A stretch of DNA of 49,015 nt from Clostridia bacterium (GTDB lineage Bacteria; Bacillota; Clostridia; Oscillospirales; CAG-272): NCBI GenBank assembly GCA_017463665.1, contig JAFTOT010000087.1, positions 71,871 to 120,885 on the forward strand, in the 5' to 3' direction. Within the stretch, counting starts at the first letter, position 1, and each line of letters begins with the position of its first letter. Shown in pieces: positions 27,680-36,800 of the stretch. Below the pieces are notes generated by a model, which saw nothing but the letters and a program-made list of their open reading frames with translations, ran no database searches and was not told the DNA's origin. The position numbers and the translations under genes were made by a program.

Positions 27680-27832
27680 ACATCTCCCCGTAAGATCCTT
27701 CGCTGACGCTCAAGGATGACAAGCGGGAGTATTGCAGATCGAAACAAAAGCTTTATACGCATTCTGCTTGATCCCGCCCCCTGTCATCCTTGAGTGGAGC
27801 GGAGCGAAACGAAGGATCTTGGGCGGAGATGT
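27680..27832. repeat. MITE-like inverted-repeat element, copy 1
   Basis: The arms are ACATCTCCCCGTAAGATCCTTCGCTGACGCTCAAGGATGACAAGCGGGA and TCCCGCCCCCTGTCATCCTTGAGTGGAGCGGAGCGAAACGAAGGATCTTGGGCGGAGATGT. A related copy lies at 48675..48814. Confidence 0.75.
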
Positions 27833-27896
27833 TTGCAGCATAAACATGCATTTTTCTCTTATCAAACATTTCTGCGAGAAAAAACGAAATGTCGTA

Positions 27897-27925
27897 TTGC
27901 AATTATTTTGGAATGATAGTATAAT
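27897..27925 (+). promoter_or_regulatory. sigma-A promoter of the yhcH-aminotransferase-trpS gene string
   Basis: TTGCAA (27897-27902), 17 nt, TATAAT (27920-27925). Confidence 0.6.
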
Positions 27926-27975
27926 AAATCCGTATAGTATTTTTACAGCGGCAATGCCGCAGGAGGAAAAACAAC

Positions 27976-28428
27976 ATGATCGTTGACAGAATTGAAAACC
28001 TGAAGCTCTACATTCCTTACAATGATAAACTTCGCGTTGTATGCGATTATCTTGCAAAGACCGACATCTATGCGCTGGAAGTCGGCAAGTATGAGATCGG
28101 CGAGGGTGTGCGCGTTGTCGTAAACGCATTTACGCCCAAGGAACCCGAGGCAGCAAGATGGGAGACGCATCAGAAGTACATCGACCTGCAGTATCTCATC
28201 GAGGGCGATGAGACCATGGGCTATCTCCACATCGACGAGATGGAAGATGCAGAGTATAATGAAGAAAAGGACATCAGCTACCCCGTTCCGAAGGCAGATG
28301 CAGACATGACGCTCATCCCGCTGAAAGTCGGTCATTTCGCATTCCTCGAACCCAGAGACGCACACCGTCCTTCTGCAAAGCTGCATGCGACCGCTTCCAA
28401 GAAGCTGATCTTCAAGATCCCGGTGTAA
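27976..28428 (+). CDS. YhcH/YjgK/YiaL (DUF386, EbgC-like) family protein
   Basis: MIVDRIENLKLY...E.HQKYIDLQYLIEGDETMGY...F.FLEPRDAHRP is the family hallmark. The protein is 150 aa. Confidence 0.8.
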   Translation: MIVDRIENLKLYIPYNDKLRVVCDYLAKTDIYALEVGKYEIGEGVRVVVNAFTPKEPEAARWETHQKYIDLQYLIEGDETMGYLHIDEMEDAEYNEEKDISYPVPKADADMTLIPLKVGHFAFLEPRDAHRPSAKLHATASKKLIFKIPV

Positions 28429-28445
28429 GATAAGAGGCGATTTCG

Positions 28446-29642
28446 ATGACATACCGGTTTTCCGATAAGCTTGCCAATCTCAAGCCGTCCGCGATTCGCG
28501 AGATCTTCAAGAATCTGACGGATCCGTCGGTCATCTCGTTCGGCGGCGGCAATCCCGCACCCGAGTCTTTTCCGGTTGCCGAACTCAGCAAGCTTGCCGC
28601 GGACATTTTTGCAAACCAATCCACCACGGCGCTGCAGTACAGCATCACCGAGGGATATATGCCCCTGCGTCAGACGATCAAGGCGCGTTTGCACGAAAAA
28701 TTCAACGTCGGACGCGACTTTGACGACACGGTGATCGTGTCGGGCGGTCAGCAGGGCATTGAGCTTGCCTGCAAGGCATTCTGCAATGAGGGCGATGTCG
28801 TTCTCTGCGAGGATCCCAGCTTTATCGGTGCGCTGAACGCATTTCGCTCCAACGGCGCAAAGCCTGTCGGCGTTCCCTGCGACGGCGAGGGCATTCTGAC
28901 CGATGCACTGGAAGAAAAGCTCAAGACCACGCCGAATGCAAAGCTTCTCTATATCATTCCAACGTTCCAGAACCCCATGGGCATTACCACGCCCCTTTCG
29001 CGCAGAAAGCGTGTGTACGAGCTGTGCCGTCAGTACGGCGTGATCATTCTGGAGGATAACCCCTACGGCGAGCTGCGCTTCGGCGGCGAGGATATCCCCA
29101 CCATCAAATCTATGGATGAGGACGGCATCGTGATCTACTGCTCGTCGCTCTCCAAAATTCTTTCTGCGGGCATGCGCATCGGCTTTGTCACGGCGCCCGC
29201 CGAGATCATTTCCAAAATGGTGGTCGCAAAGCAGAGTGAGGATGTGCACACCAACATCTTCTTCCAGATGCTTTGTCACAAGTATATGACTGAGTGCGAT
29301 CTCGATGCACACATTGCGAGCATTCGCGCACTATATCGGCATAAGTGCTCGCTGATGCTCTCCTGTCTGGAAAAAGAGCTGCCGAGCGAGATCACCTTTA
29401 CGCGCCCCGACGGCGGACTCTTTATCTGGTGCACGCTGCCGCGAGGTCTTGACAGTGCGGCGTTTGCCAAGGGACTCACCGAGCGTAAGCTCGCGGTGGT
29501 TCCCGGTGCGACCTTCCTTGCCGACGAAAGCGGCAAGTCTTCTTCCTTCCGTCTCAACTACTCCACGCCCTCCGATGCACAGATCGAGGCAGGCGTGAAG
29601 ATCCTCGGTGAGTACGCCAAGGAATATCTTTCTACCCACTAA
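28446..29642 (+). CDS. PLP-dependent aminotransferase (class I/II fold, 2-aminoadipate/aromatic-type)
   Basis: LKPSAIREIFK...ISFGGGNPAPESFP...NPMG...SSLSKILSAGMRIG includes the PLP lysine. The protein is 398 aa. Confidence 0.85.
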   Translation: MTYRFSDKLANLKPSAIREIFKNLTDPSVISFGGGNPAPESFPVAELSKLAADIFANQSTTALQYSITEGYMPLRQTIKARLHEKFNVGRDFDDTVIVSGGQQGIELACKAFCNEGDVVLCEDPSFIGALNAFRSNGAKPVGVPCDGEGILTDALEEKLKTTPNAKLLYIIPTFQNPMGITTPLSRRKRVYELCRQYGVIILEDNPYGELRFGGEDIPTIKSMDEDGIVIYCSSLSKILSAGMRIGFVTAPAEIISKMVVAKQSEDVHTNIFFQMLCHKYMTECDLDAHIASIRALYRHKCSLMLSCLEKELPSEITFTRPDGGLFIWCTLPRGLDSAAFAKGLTERKLAVVPGATFLADESGKSSSFRLNYSTPSDAQIEAGVKILGEYAKEYLSTH

Positions 29643-29661
29643 GAAAGGAACTTTCTCTAAC

Positions 29662-30660
29662 ATGATCGACGATAAGAAAGTGGTTTTCTCGGGCGTACAG
29701 CCGTCCGGCAACCTTACAATCGGCAACTATCTCGGCGCGATCCGCAATTTTTCGGAGTTCTCCGACCTTTATAAGTGCTTTTACTGCGTCGTGGATATGC
29801 ACGCTATCACCGTACGGCAGGTCCCCGCAGAGCTGCGCCGCCGCACCTATGAAACGCTGGCGCTCTACATCGCCTGCGGTCTTGATCCCAAGAAAAACAC
29901 GCTCTATGTGCAGTCGCATGTACCTGCGCACGCCGAGCTCGGCTGGATCCTCAACTGCTACACCATGTTCGGCGAGCTTTCGCGCATGACGCAGTTCAAG
30001 GACAAGAGTGCCAAGCACGCCGACAATGTCAACGCGGGACTTTTCACGTATCCCACGCTGATGGCGGCAGACATTCTGCTGTATCAGACCGACCTTGTGC
30101 CCGTAGGCGTTGACCAGAAGCAGCACCTCGAGCTGGCACGCGATATTGCCACACGTTTCAACGGTGTTTACGGCGATACGTTTGTCGTGCCCGAACCCTA
30201 CATGGCAAAAAGCGGCGCCAAGATTGCATCGCTTGCTGAGCCGACCAAGAAAATGTCCAAGTCGGATGAAAATACCAACGCTGTTGTGTACATCCTCGAC
30301 TCCAAGGACGATATCCTGCGCAAGTTCAAGCGCGCCGTGACCGACTCGGATACGCGCGTTGTCTTTGCCGAGGGCAAGGACGGTATCAATAACCTCATGA
30401 CCATCTACTCCTGCTTTACCGGCAAGACCTTTGACGAGATCGAGCGCGAGTTCGACGGCAAGGGATACGGCGACTTCAAGTTGGCTGTCGGCGAGGCATG
30501 CGCGGACGGTCTTGCACCCGTGCGCGAGGAGTTCGCACGCCTGATGGCGGACAAGGCATACCTTGAAGAAGTTATGAAAAACGGCGCGGCAGAGGCATCC
30601 TACTATGCGCGCAAGACGCTCTCCAAGGTCAAGCGCAAGATCGGATACACCTCGCTGTAA
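29662..30660 (+). CDS. trpS: tryptophan--tRNA ligase
   Basis: SGVQPSGNLTIGNYLGA is the HIGH-region equivalent, and KMSKS is present (KKMSKSD). I prefer ATG 29662 over the track start at 29608, which overlaps the upstream gene. Confidence 0.93.
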   Translation: MIDDKKVVFSGVQPSGNLTIGNYLGAIRNFSEFSDLYKCFYCVVDMHAITVRQVPAELRRRTYETLALYIACGLDPKKNTLYVQSHVPAHAELGWILNCYTMFGELSRMTQFKDKSAKHADNVNAGLFTYPTLMAADILLYQTDLVPVGVDQKQHLELARDIATRFNGVYGDTFVVPEPYMAKSGAKIASLAEPTKKMSKSDENTNAVVYILDSKDDILRKFKRAVTDSDTRVVFAEGKDGINNLMTIYSCFTGKTFDEIEREFDGKGYGDFKLAVGEACADGLAPVREEFARLMADKAYLEEVMKNGAAEASYYARKTLSKVKRKIGYTSL

Positions 30661-30679
30661 GGAGAAATTGTCATACATT

Positions 30680-31858
30680 ATGAACGAATACATTTACAGC
30701 ATCTGTGCGGTCGTCTGTGCGGCGCTGCTTGCCTTTGCGCTCACGCCCATCGTGCGCGTGCTGGCAATTAAGATCAAGGCGATCGATATCCCCACGGATA
30801 ACCGTCGCATGCATCACAAGCCGATCCCGCGTATCGGCGGGCTTGCCATATTTTTGGCATTCCTGATCGCCACGATCAGCTTCTGTAAGCCCGACCGCGA
30901 TATGATGACGATCCTCGTCGGCGGCGGCACGCTGGTGCTGCTCGGCATTCTCGACGATATCTACCGCTTGAACGCTTTTCTCAAACTGGCGGTACAGATC
31001 GTGGTCGCGCTGTTTGCGGTCTCGCAGGGGATCACCATTGACTTTATCGGCTTCGGCGGCGACTACATCTCGTTTGGCATGTGGTCGGTGCCGATCACGG
31101 TTCTTTGGATCGTCGGACTTACCAACGCCGTCAACTTCATTGACGGTCTGGACGGTCTTGCCTGCGGCGTTTCGGTCATCAGCTCGATCTCACTGTTTTT
31201 GGTCATGCTGCTTTCGGGCAGCAGCGCCTCGCATTGCCTGCTCACCGCACTTCTGATCGGTGCGTGCCTCGGCTTTTTGCCGTTCAATGTCAACCCCGCG
31301 AAGATCTTTATGGGAGACACGGGTGCGCTCTTCCTCGGCTACACGCTGTCGATCCTCTCGGTCGTCGGCGTTTTCAAGACCGATATGGTGCTCGCATTCT
31401 TTATCCCGCTGTCGATCTTCGGTCTGCCGCTCGCGGATACCACGTTTGCGATCGTGCGCCGTGTGGCACACCGCAAGAGTCCTTTCGCGCCCGACCGCGG
31501 GCATCTGCATCACAGACTTATCGACATGGGCTTCGGGCAGAAGCAGAGCGTGCGCCTTTTGTACGCGGTCTGCGCCATCCTCGGCATCTCTGCCGTTATG
31601 CTGACGCGTGAGGAGTGGCTCGGCGGTGCCGTGGTGCTGACTGCGGCGCTCATCATCTTCTTTGTCATTTACTGCATTCTCAGCAATCCAAAGCTCCGTA
31701 TGCATTCGGGTATTTACAATGCGGATGACGGCGCGGAACCGCCCGTGGAGACCTTTGACGATATTATTTTACCGACCGAACCTGCGGGCGACGCCCCTTT
31801 GATCACCCATGAGGAGCAGAACCGTGAAACAGAAAACGAAGGAACAAAAGAAGAATAG
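30680..31858 (+). CDS. GT4 polyprenyl-phosphate N-acetylhexosamine-1-phosphate transferase (WecA/TagO/MraY family)
   Basis: NAVNFIDGLDGLA, FMGDTGALFLGY and about 10 TM helices. I prefer ATG 30680. The tail is acidic and low-complexity. Confidence 0.85.
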   Translation: MNEYIYSICAVVCAALLAFALTPIVRVLAIKIKAIDIPTDNRRMHHKPIPRIGGLAIFLAFLIATISFCKPDRDMMTILVGGGTLVLLGILDDIYRLNAFLKLAVQIVVALFAVSQGITIDFIGFGGDYISFGMWSVPITVLWIVGLTNAVNFIDGLDGLACGVSVISSISLFLVMLLSGSSASHCLLTALLIGACLGFLPFNVNPAKIFMGDTGALFLGYTLSILSVVGVFKTDMVLAFFIPLSIFGLPLADTTFAIVRRVAHRKSPFAPDRGHLHHRLIDMGFGQKQSVRLLYAVCAILGISAVMLTREEWLGGAVVLTAALIIFFVIYCILSNPKLRMHSGIYNADDGAEPPVETFDDIILPTEPAGDAPLITHEEQNRETENEGTKEE

Positions 31859-32675
31859 GCATACCTTTTACAGTGCCCGCGGCATAGGACTGATGGCGGC
31901 GGTTCTGCTGCTGTTCATTATCCTTGCGCTGACGGGAATGTATACGATCGGCGTTATTCGTTTGCCCGAGTCCTTCTCGGCGCTCTTCGGACAAGCTGGG
32001 GAGACGGCGGCGCCCGCTGCGGCGGCAAATATTGCCCCCGAGGAAGAAAAGGCAGAGCTATATGTGGCGATCCCGCGCGAGGAATATGCCAAGGCGCTGG
32101 CGGATATGCCGCTGCCGACCGAGTATTACCGCGCGTATTCGATCACGGTCTCGTTCGGCATCCGCGAGGATGTCACCGACTATGTTGCGATCCGACGCGG
32201 CGAGGACTTCTGGGTGCAGACCTTCAAGGAGAATGTGATCCTGACCACCGCGATCTGCAAGGACGGCAATGTGCGCATCACTGATAACGCGCAGAATACT
32301 GCGGTTACCGCCGCCGGCTATTCCGAGGAGAACCCGGGCGGCGTTTCCTTTGAGGAGCGCTGCGGCGTGCTGCCGCTGAACCGCCTGGTGGAGATCATCC
32401 GCGCTGTATCCAGCGGTGAATCGGTGGACTACGGCGGCGGTATCACCGACTATTCGCTTTTCTTTACGCAGGCGCGCGGCACGGGAGAAAATGTGTTTGT
32501 CTTCACCTTTACCTGCCGAAACGGCGTGACCGAGGAGTACCGCTTTACGTTTGAGAGCGCGGCGATCCTCTCGGCGAGCAAGTCGATCGGTGAGATCAAA
32601 ATTTATCAAATGGAAACGAAAGAACACCGTAACGATCTGTCGGATATCGATGTGGATGCGTTGATCGCGTTCTGA
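31824..32675 (+). CDS. membrane-anchored hypothetical protein
   Basis: GTG 31824 follows GAGGAG with a 7-nt spacer. There is an N-terminal Lys-rich segment plus a TM helix (GIGLMAAVLLLFIILALTG). No family is recognised. It overlaps the GT4 gene end. Confidence 0.6.
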   Translation: MKQKTKEQKKNRHTFYSARGIGLMAAVLLLFIILALTGMYTIGVIRLPESFSALFGQAGETAAPAAAANIAPEEEKAELYVAIPREEYAKALADMPLPTEYYRAYSITVSFGIREDVTDYVAIRRGEDFWVQTFKENVILTTAICKDGNVRITDNAQNTAVTAAGYSEENPGGVSFEERCGVLPLNRLVEIIRAVSSGESVDYGGGITDYSLFFTQARGTGENVFVFTFTCRNGVTEEYRFTFESAAILSASKSIGEIKIYQMETKEHRNDLSDIDVDALIAF

Positions 32676-32683
32676 AAAAGTAT

Positions 32684-33187
32684 ATGTTAGAGATCAGAAA
32701 AACTACCATGGACGATCTCGATCGCGTGATGGAGATCTATGCTGTCGCGAAGCGTTACATGGACGAAAAGGGAAATCCCACGCAGTGGGTGGACGGCTAT
32801 CCGCAGCGCGACCTCATTGAAGAGGATATCGCTCGCGGCGAGAGCTATGTTGCGCTGGAAGACGGCGCGATTCACGGCGTATTCATGTTTATGCAGCGCA
32901 CAGAGCCGACCTATGCCGTCATCGAGGACGGCGCATGGCAAAATGATCTGCCCTACGGTACGATCCACCGCGTAGCCAGCGACGGACAGTGCCGCGGCGT
33001 CTTTGATACAATCGTTGCCTATTGCAGCAAGGTTACCGAAAACCTGCGCGTGGATACGCACCAGGATAATTTCCCGATGCAAAAAGCCATCGAGCGAGGC
33101 GGCTTCGTCCGTTGCGGCATCATCTATGTTGAAGACGGCACAAAGAGAATAGCCTATCAAATGCCAAACCAAAAAGCGAGTCGATGA
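32684..33187 (+). CDS. GNAT-family N-acetyltransferase
   Basis: The protein is 167 aa: IHRVASDGQCRGVFDTIVAYC...VDTHQDNFPMQKAIERGGF, a GNAT motif A-like region. Confidence 0.8.
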   Translation: MLEIRKTTMDDLDRVMEIYAVAKRYMDEKGNPTQWVDGYPQRDLIEEDIARGESYVALEDGAIHGVFMFMQRTEPTYAVIEDGAWQNDLPYGTIHRVASDGQCRGVFDTIVAYCSKVTENLRVDTHQDNFPMQKAIERGGFVRCGIIYVEDGTKRIAYQMPNQKASR

Positions 33188-33202
33188 CCGACTCGCTTTT
33201 TT
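33175..33202 (+). terminator. intrinsic terminator overlapping the GNAT stop
   Basis: AGCGAGTCG-ATGAC-CGACTCGCT-TTTTT. Confidence 0.8.
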
Positions 33203-33220
33203 GCATGGTGGCTTTCTAAG

Positions 33221-33392
33221 CCTTCCCCTCGAGGGGAAGGTGATGCCGTAGGCATCGGATGAGGTGTAGGATGCGCCGTAAGGTCGCATCCGTTTCCGTA
33301 GAGGTGTAACATTCATTTTGTAAGGGGAAACGCCGCTGCGGCGGCTACACCTCATCAGTCAGCTACGCTGACAGCTTCCCCTCGAGGGGAAG
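33221..33392. repeat. composite palindromic element bounded by CTTCCCCTCGAGGGGAAG
   Basis: The palindrome CCTTCCCCTCGAGGGGAAGG lies at 33221-33240, and CTTCCCCTCGAGGGGAAG lies at 33375-33392. The word GAGGTGTA occurs at 33261 and 33301, and TACACCTC at 33346. Small hairpins lie between them, at 33242-33256, 33269-33291, 33332-33345 and 33358-33372. Confidence 0.75.
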
Positions 33393-33448
33393 CCTTGTTT
33401 TACTCCTGTCGCGTTTAACGAATTAACATACTATTTTCACAAAACCAC

Positions 33449-33477
33449 TTGACAAGTCATTCTACACGTTGTAGAAT
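33449..33477 (+). promoter_or_regulatory. sigma-A promoter of the blaI/blaR1-like operon
   Basis: TTGACA (33449-33454), 17 nt, TAGAAT (33472-33477). Confidence 0.7.
33461..33475. promoter_or_regulatory. BlaI-type operator 1, TCTACA-CGT-TGTAGA
   Basis: A perfect palindrome lying between -35 and -10 and overlapping the -10 box. Confidence 0.65.
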
Positions 33478-33485
33478 ATAATCAG

Positions 33486-33500
33486 TCTACAGAATGTAGA
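33486..33500. promoter_or_regulatory. BlaI-type operator 2, TCTACA-GAA-TGTAGA
   Basis: A perfect palindrome just downstream of the -10 box. The TACA/TGTA core matches BlaI/MecI-type operators. Confidence 0.65.
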
Positions 33501-33518
33501 ATACAAGGAGGTATATCA

Positions 33519-33881
33519 ATGAGTGAAATACAAATGGGCGCGATCGAATCGCGTTTTGCGGATATTATCTGGCAGCATGAGCCGATCACCACGACCGAGC
33601 TTGTGAAATACAGCGAGGAACTGCTCAAATGGAAGAAGACCACCACCTACACCGTGCTCAAACGCCTGTGTGAGAAGGGGATCTTTCAGAATAACAAGGG
33701 AACAGTGACCTCGATCATCTCCCGAAAGGAATTTTACGCACTGCAAAGCGAAAAGTTTGTGGACGAGACGTTCCAGGGCTCGCTTCCTGCTTTTTTGGCG
33801 GCATTCACCACGCGCAAGTCGCTGAAACCCGAGGAGGTCGAGGAGCTTCGCCGCATGATCGAGTCCTACGGAAAGGAGTAA
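33519..33881 (+). CDS. BlaI/MecI/CopY-family transcriptional repressor
   Basis: The protein is 120 aa: ESRFADIIWQHEPITTTELV...KKTTTYTVLKRLCEKGI... is a winged helix followed by a C-terminal dimerisation helix. Confidence 0.88.
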   Translation: MSEIQMGAIESRFADIIWQHEPITTTELVKYSEELLKWKKTTTYTVLKRLCEKGIFQNNKGTVTSIISRKEFYALQSEKFVDETFQGSLPAFLAAFTTRKSLKPEEVEELRRMIESYGKE

Positions 33882-33884
33882 ACC

Positions 33885-36800
33885 ATGACAGCGATTTTCC
33901 TCAAACTGCTCAATATGAGCATCACGGCAAGCTGGCTCGTGCTGGCGGTCGTTGTGCTGCGGCTGCTGCTGAAAAAAGCGCCGAAAGCGATCACCTGCGC
34001 GCTGTGGGCGCTGGTGGCGATCCGTCTGCTCTGTCCGTTCTCCATCGAGAGCATGTTCAGCCTGATCCCGAGCGCCGAGCCTGTGTCGCCCGAGATCGTA
34101 TACACCGAAAAGCCGACTGTTAATACCCCTGCGGAATCCCCCGTGCAAACGGTTACGCCGAACATAGCCGAACCCACTCTACCGACGGCGCCGATCGAGC
34201 CGACCGTACCCGCGGTCAGCACCGATCCTGTAGAGATCGCGCTGACTGTGGCATCGGCGGTATGGATCCTCGGTATCGTCTGCATGACGGTGTATGCGCT
34301 CGTCAGCTATCTGCGCCTGCGTAAAAAAGTCGCCGAGGCGGTCGAGATCGAGCAGAATGTTTACCTGTGCGACCACGTGGATACGCCGTTCATCCTCGGC
34401 ATCTTCCGTCCGCGCATATATCTGCCCTCGGCGATCGGCGAGACGGATATGCGCTACGTCCTCGCGCACGAGCGTGCGCATCTGCGCCGCCGCGACCACT
34501 GGTGGAAGCCGCTCGGCTTTGCGCTCCTCACCGTATACTGGTTCAACCCCGTGCTGTGGGTGGCGTATGTCCTGCTTTGCCGCGACATTGAGCTTGCGTG
34601 CGACGAGCGGGTGATCCGCGATATGGGCGTGGAGGATAAAAAGGCGTATACCTCCGCGCTGCTGAACTGCAGCATACCGCGCAAAATGATCGCCGCCTGT
34701 CCGCTCGCCTTCGGCGAAGTCGGCGTAAAAGCTCGCATCAAGAGCGTGCTGCACTATAAAAAGCCCGCGTTCTGGATCATCCTTGTCGCCGTGATCGCCA
34801 CCATCGCCGTCGCGGTCGGATTCTTGACCGATCCGAAAGAGGATGTGCGCGATGCAGATATTATCTATAGAGCGCAGATTGCTTATGGCCCGACGGCAAA
34901 CGGGGTGCATGCAAGCGCCGAGTCCGAAAAGGGACGTAAGCTGCTCGGACTCTATGAAGAACCGCTTCGCAAATTCGACAGTGCGGACGAGCTGGATGCG
35001 TTCAAAACAGAATTTTCCGACATCTTTGTTATGGATGCAACCTACAATGCCATATCTTCGTTCAACAGCGCTTCCAAAAAATACGATGCGGATTTCTTTG
35101 CAAAAAATGCACTGTTTGTCTGGTATGCACAGTCCACCAGCGGAACCTGGCGCTATACCGTGGACAGCGTTGTGCGCGACGGGGAAAAGCTGACGATCAA
35201 CATTGCGGTGGAAAATGCGATCGAGGTCAATGATTATCGAGGTTGGTTCCTGTTTGTGTCGGTCGAAAAAGAAGCCATCAAAGGCTGCACCGATTTTGCA
35301 GTACAGACGAATGCGGACGGCGTTTTGTCCTATCGGCAGGCACCGTATTTTTCCGCAAAAGTTGCCCATGCGGGCATTCCCGAAAACATGGATATCTATA
35401 ACGGCTCTCTCAATACTGAAAAGCTGTTTGTGGACGGCCCGGAGCATCTGCCGATCTACGAGTTCGAGAATACGGCGGAGCTGGATGCGTTCAAGACAAA
35501 ATTCACGGATGCGCTGTCCCTGACAGAGGGGGACGGCGAGATACCGTCCTTTGCAGAGGTGACGGCGTCGTATGACGATGCGTTCTTTGAGGAGTATTTC
35601 CTGCTTGCGATCTATCGCCGTACATCCTGCCGCGATGACCGCTATGCGGTAGCCGGCGTCTATGTCGGAGATACAAGTTTAACGGTGCATGTGCAGCAGA
35701 TCACATACGGCGAGGTGCAGGAGGAAACAGGCATGTTCTTCCTCGTCGCGGTGGATAACAAATATGCGCCCTACTGCACTGAGTTTGACGCATATATGGT
35801 TTACAAGTCGGTCGAAAATCCCATCGTCGGCGTATGGTCGAACGGCGCAGCGGGAGAAGCGTCTGTTGTTTTCAAATTCAATGCGGACGGTACCGGCGAA
35901 AAGAACGAGCCGCAGGGCGAAAATGTATACATCAGCAGCTATTTCACTTACGAAGCCGAGGACGGGATCTTAAAGATCGCATACGGCAAGTCTCTCTCAA
36001 ATGTGCAGGATCCTCTTTGGTACGAGCAGTACACCTATACGATCAAGGATGGGTATCTTACGCTGCAGATGGGAACCGAAGAACTGGTGCTTTTCGCCCC
36101 GATGACCGACAGTAAGCTCCTCGGCACTTGGCAAACGGAAGGCACTTCCGACGCGACGGGATTTACGCTGACCTTCTATGCGGACGGCAGAGGCTTTGAA
36201 AGCGGCGGGGGCAACTCGCGCGCATTCACCTATGCGACAAACGGCGAGACGCTTTGGGTGACGTATACCGCCGATATCCCCGACGGGGAAGTCAGCGTGT
36301 TCGGAAACGGTCTTTCGCTCGGTGGGGAGTGCGCCTATACATTCGACGGGGATACCGTAACGATCGCACAGGCTTACCAAACGGACAGGAATGTAGTTTT
36401 CACCAAGGTATATCCCGATACCGAAGAAACTGCGGCGGTGGATACGCCCTATGAAGCCACGCTTGCGCACGTCAACTACATCAGCAAAAATGATGCGATC
36501 TTTACAGGTGCGCTCAACAGCGACAAAATGGCGATCAGCAGTGTGCGGCATCTTCCCATCCGCAAGTTTGACAGCAAAGAAGCGCTGGACGCTTTCAAAG
36601 CAGAGTTTGCGGACGATCTTTCCAAGCAAAGTCGGGATGAAGTGCCGTCCTTTGAAGCGGTCTCCGCCAAGTATGACGAAGATTTCTTCGCGAGCCATAC
36701 ACTGTTCATTGTCTACGTGCAGGCAAGCAGCGGTTCCTGCCGCTATGAGGTCGGCAGCGTGTACAATGACGGCAAGAACTTTGCAGTCCATGCGGAAGTT

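Noticed and set aside
29643-29661. I looked for a T-box leader or tryptophan attenuator upstream of trpS.
   Set aside because: Only 19 nt separate trpS from the aminotransferase stop. There is no room for a T-box, so trpS appears to be co-transcribed with the upstream genes.
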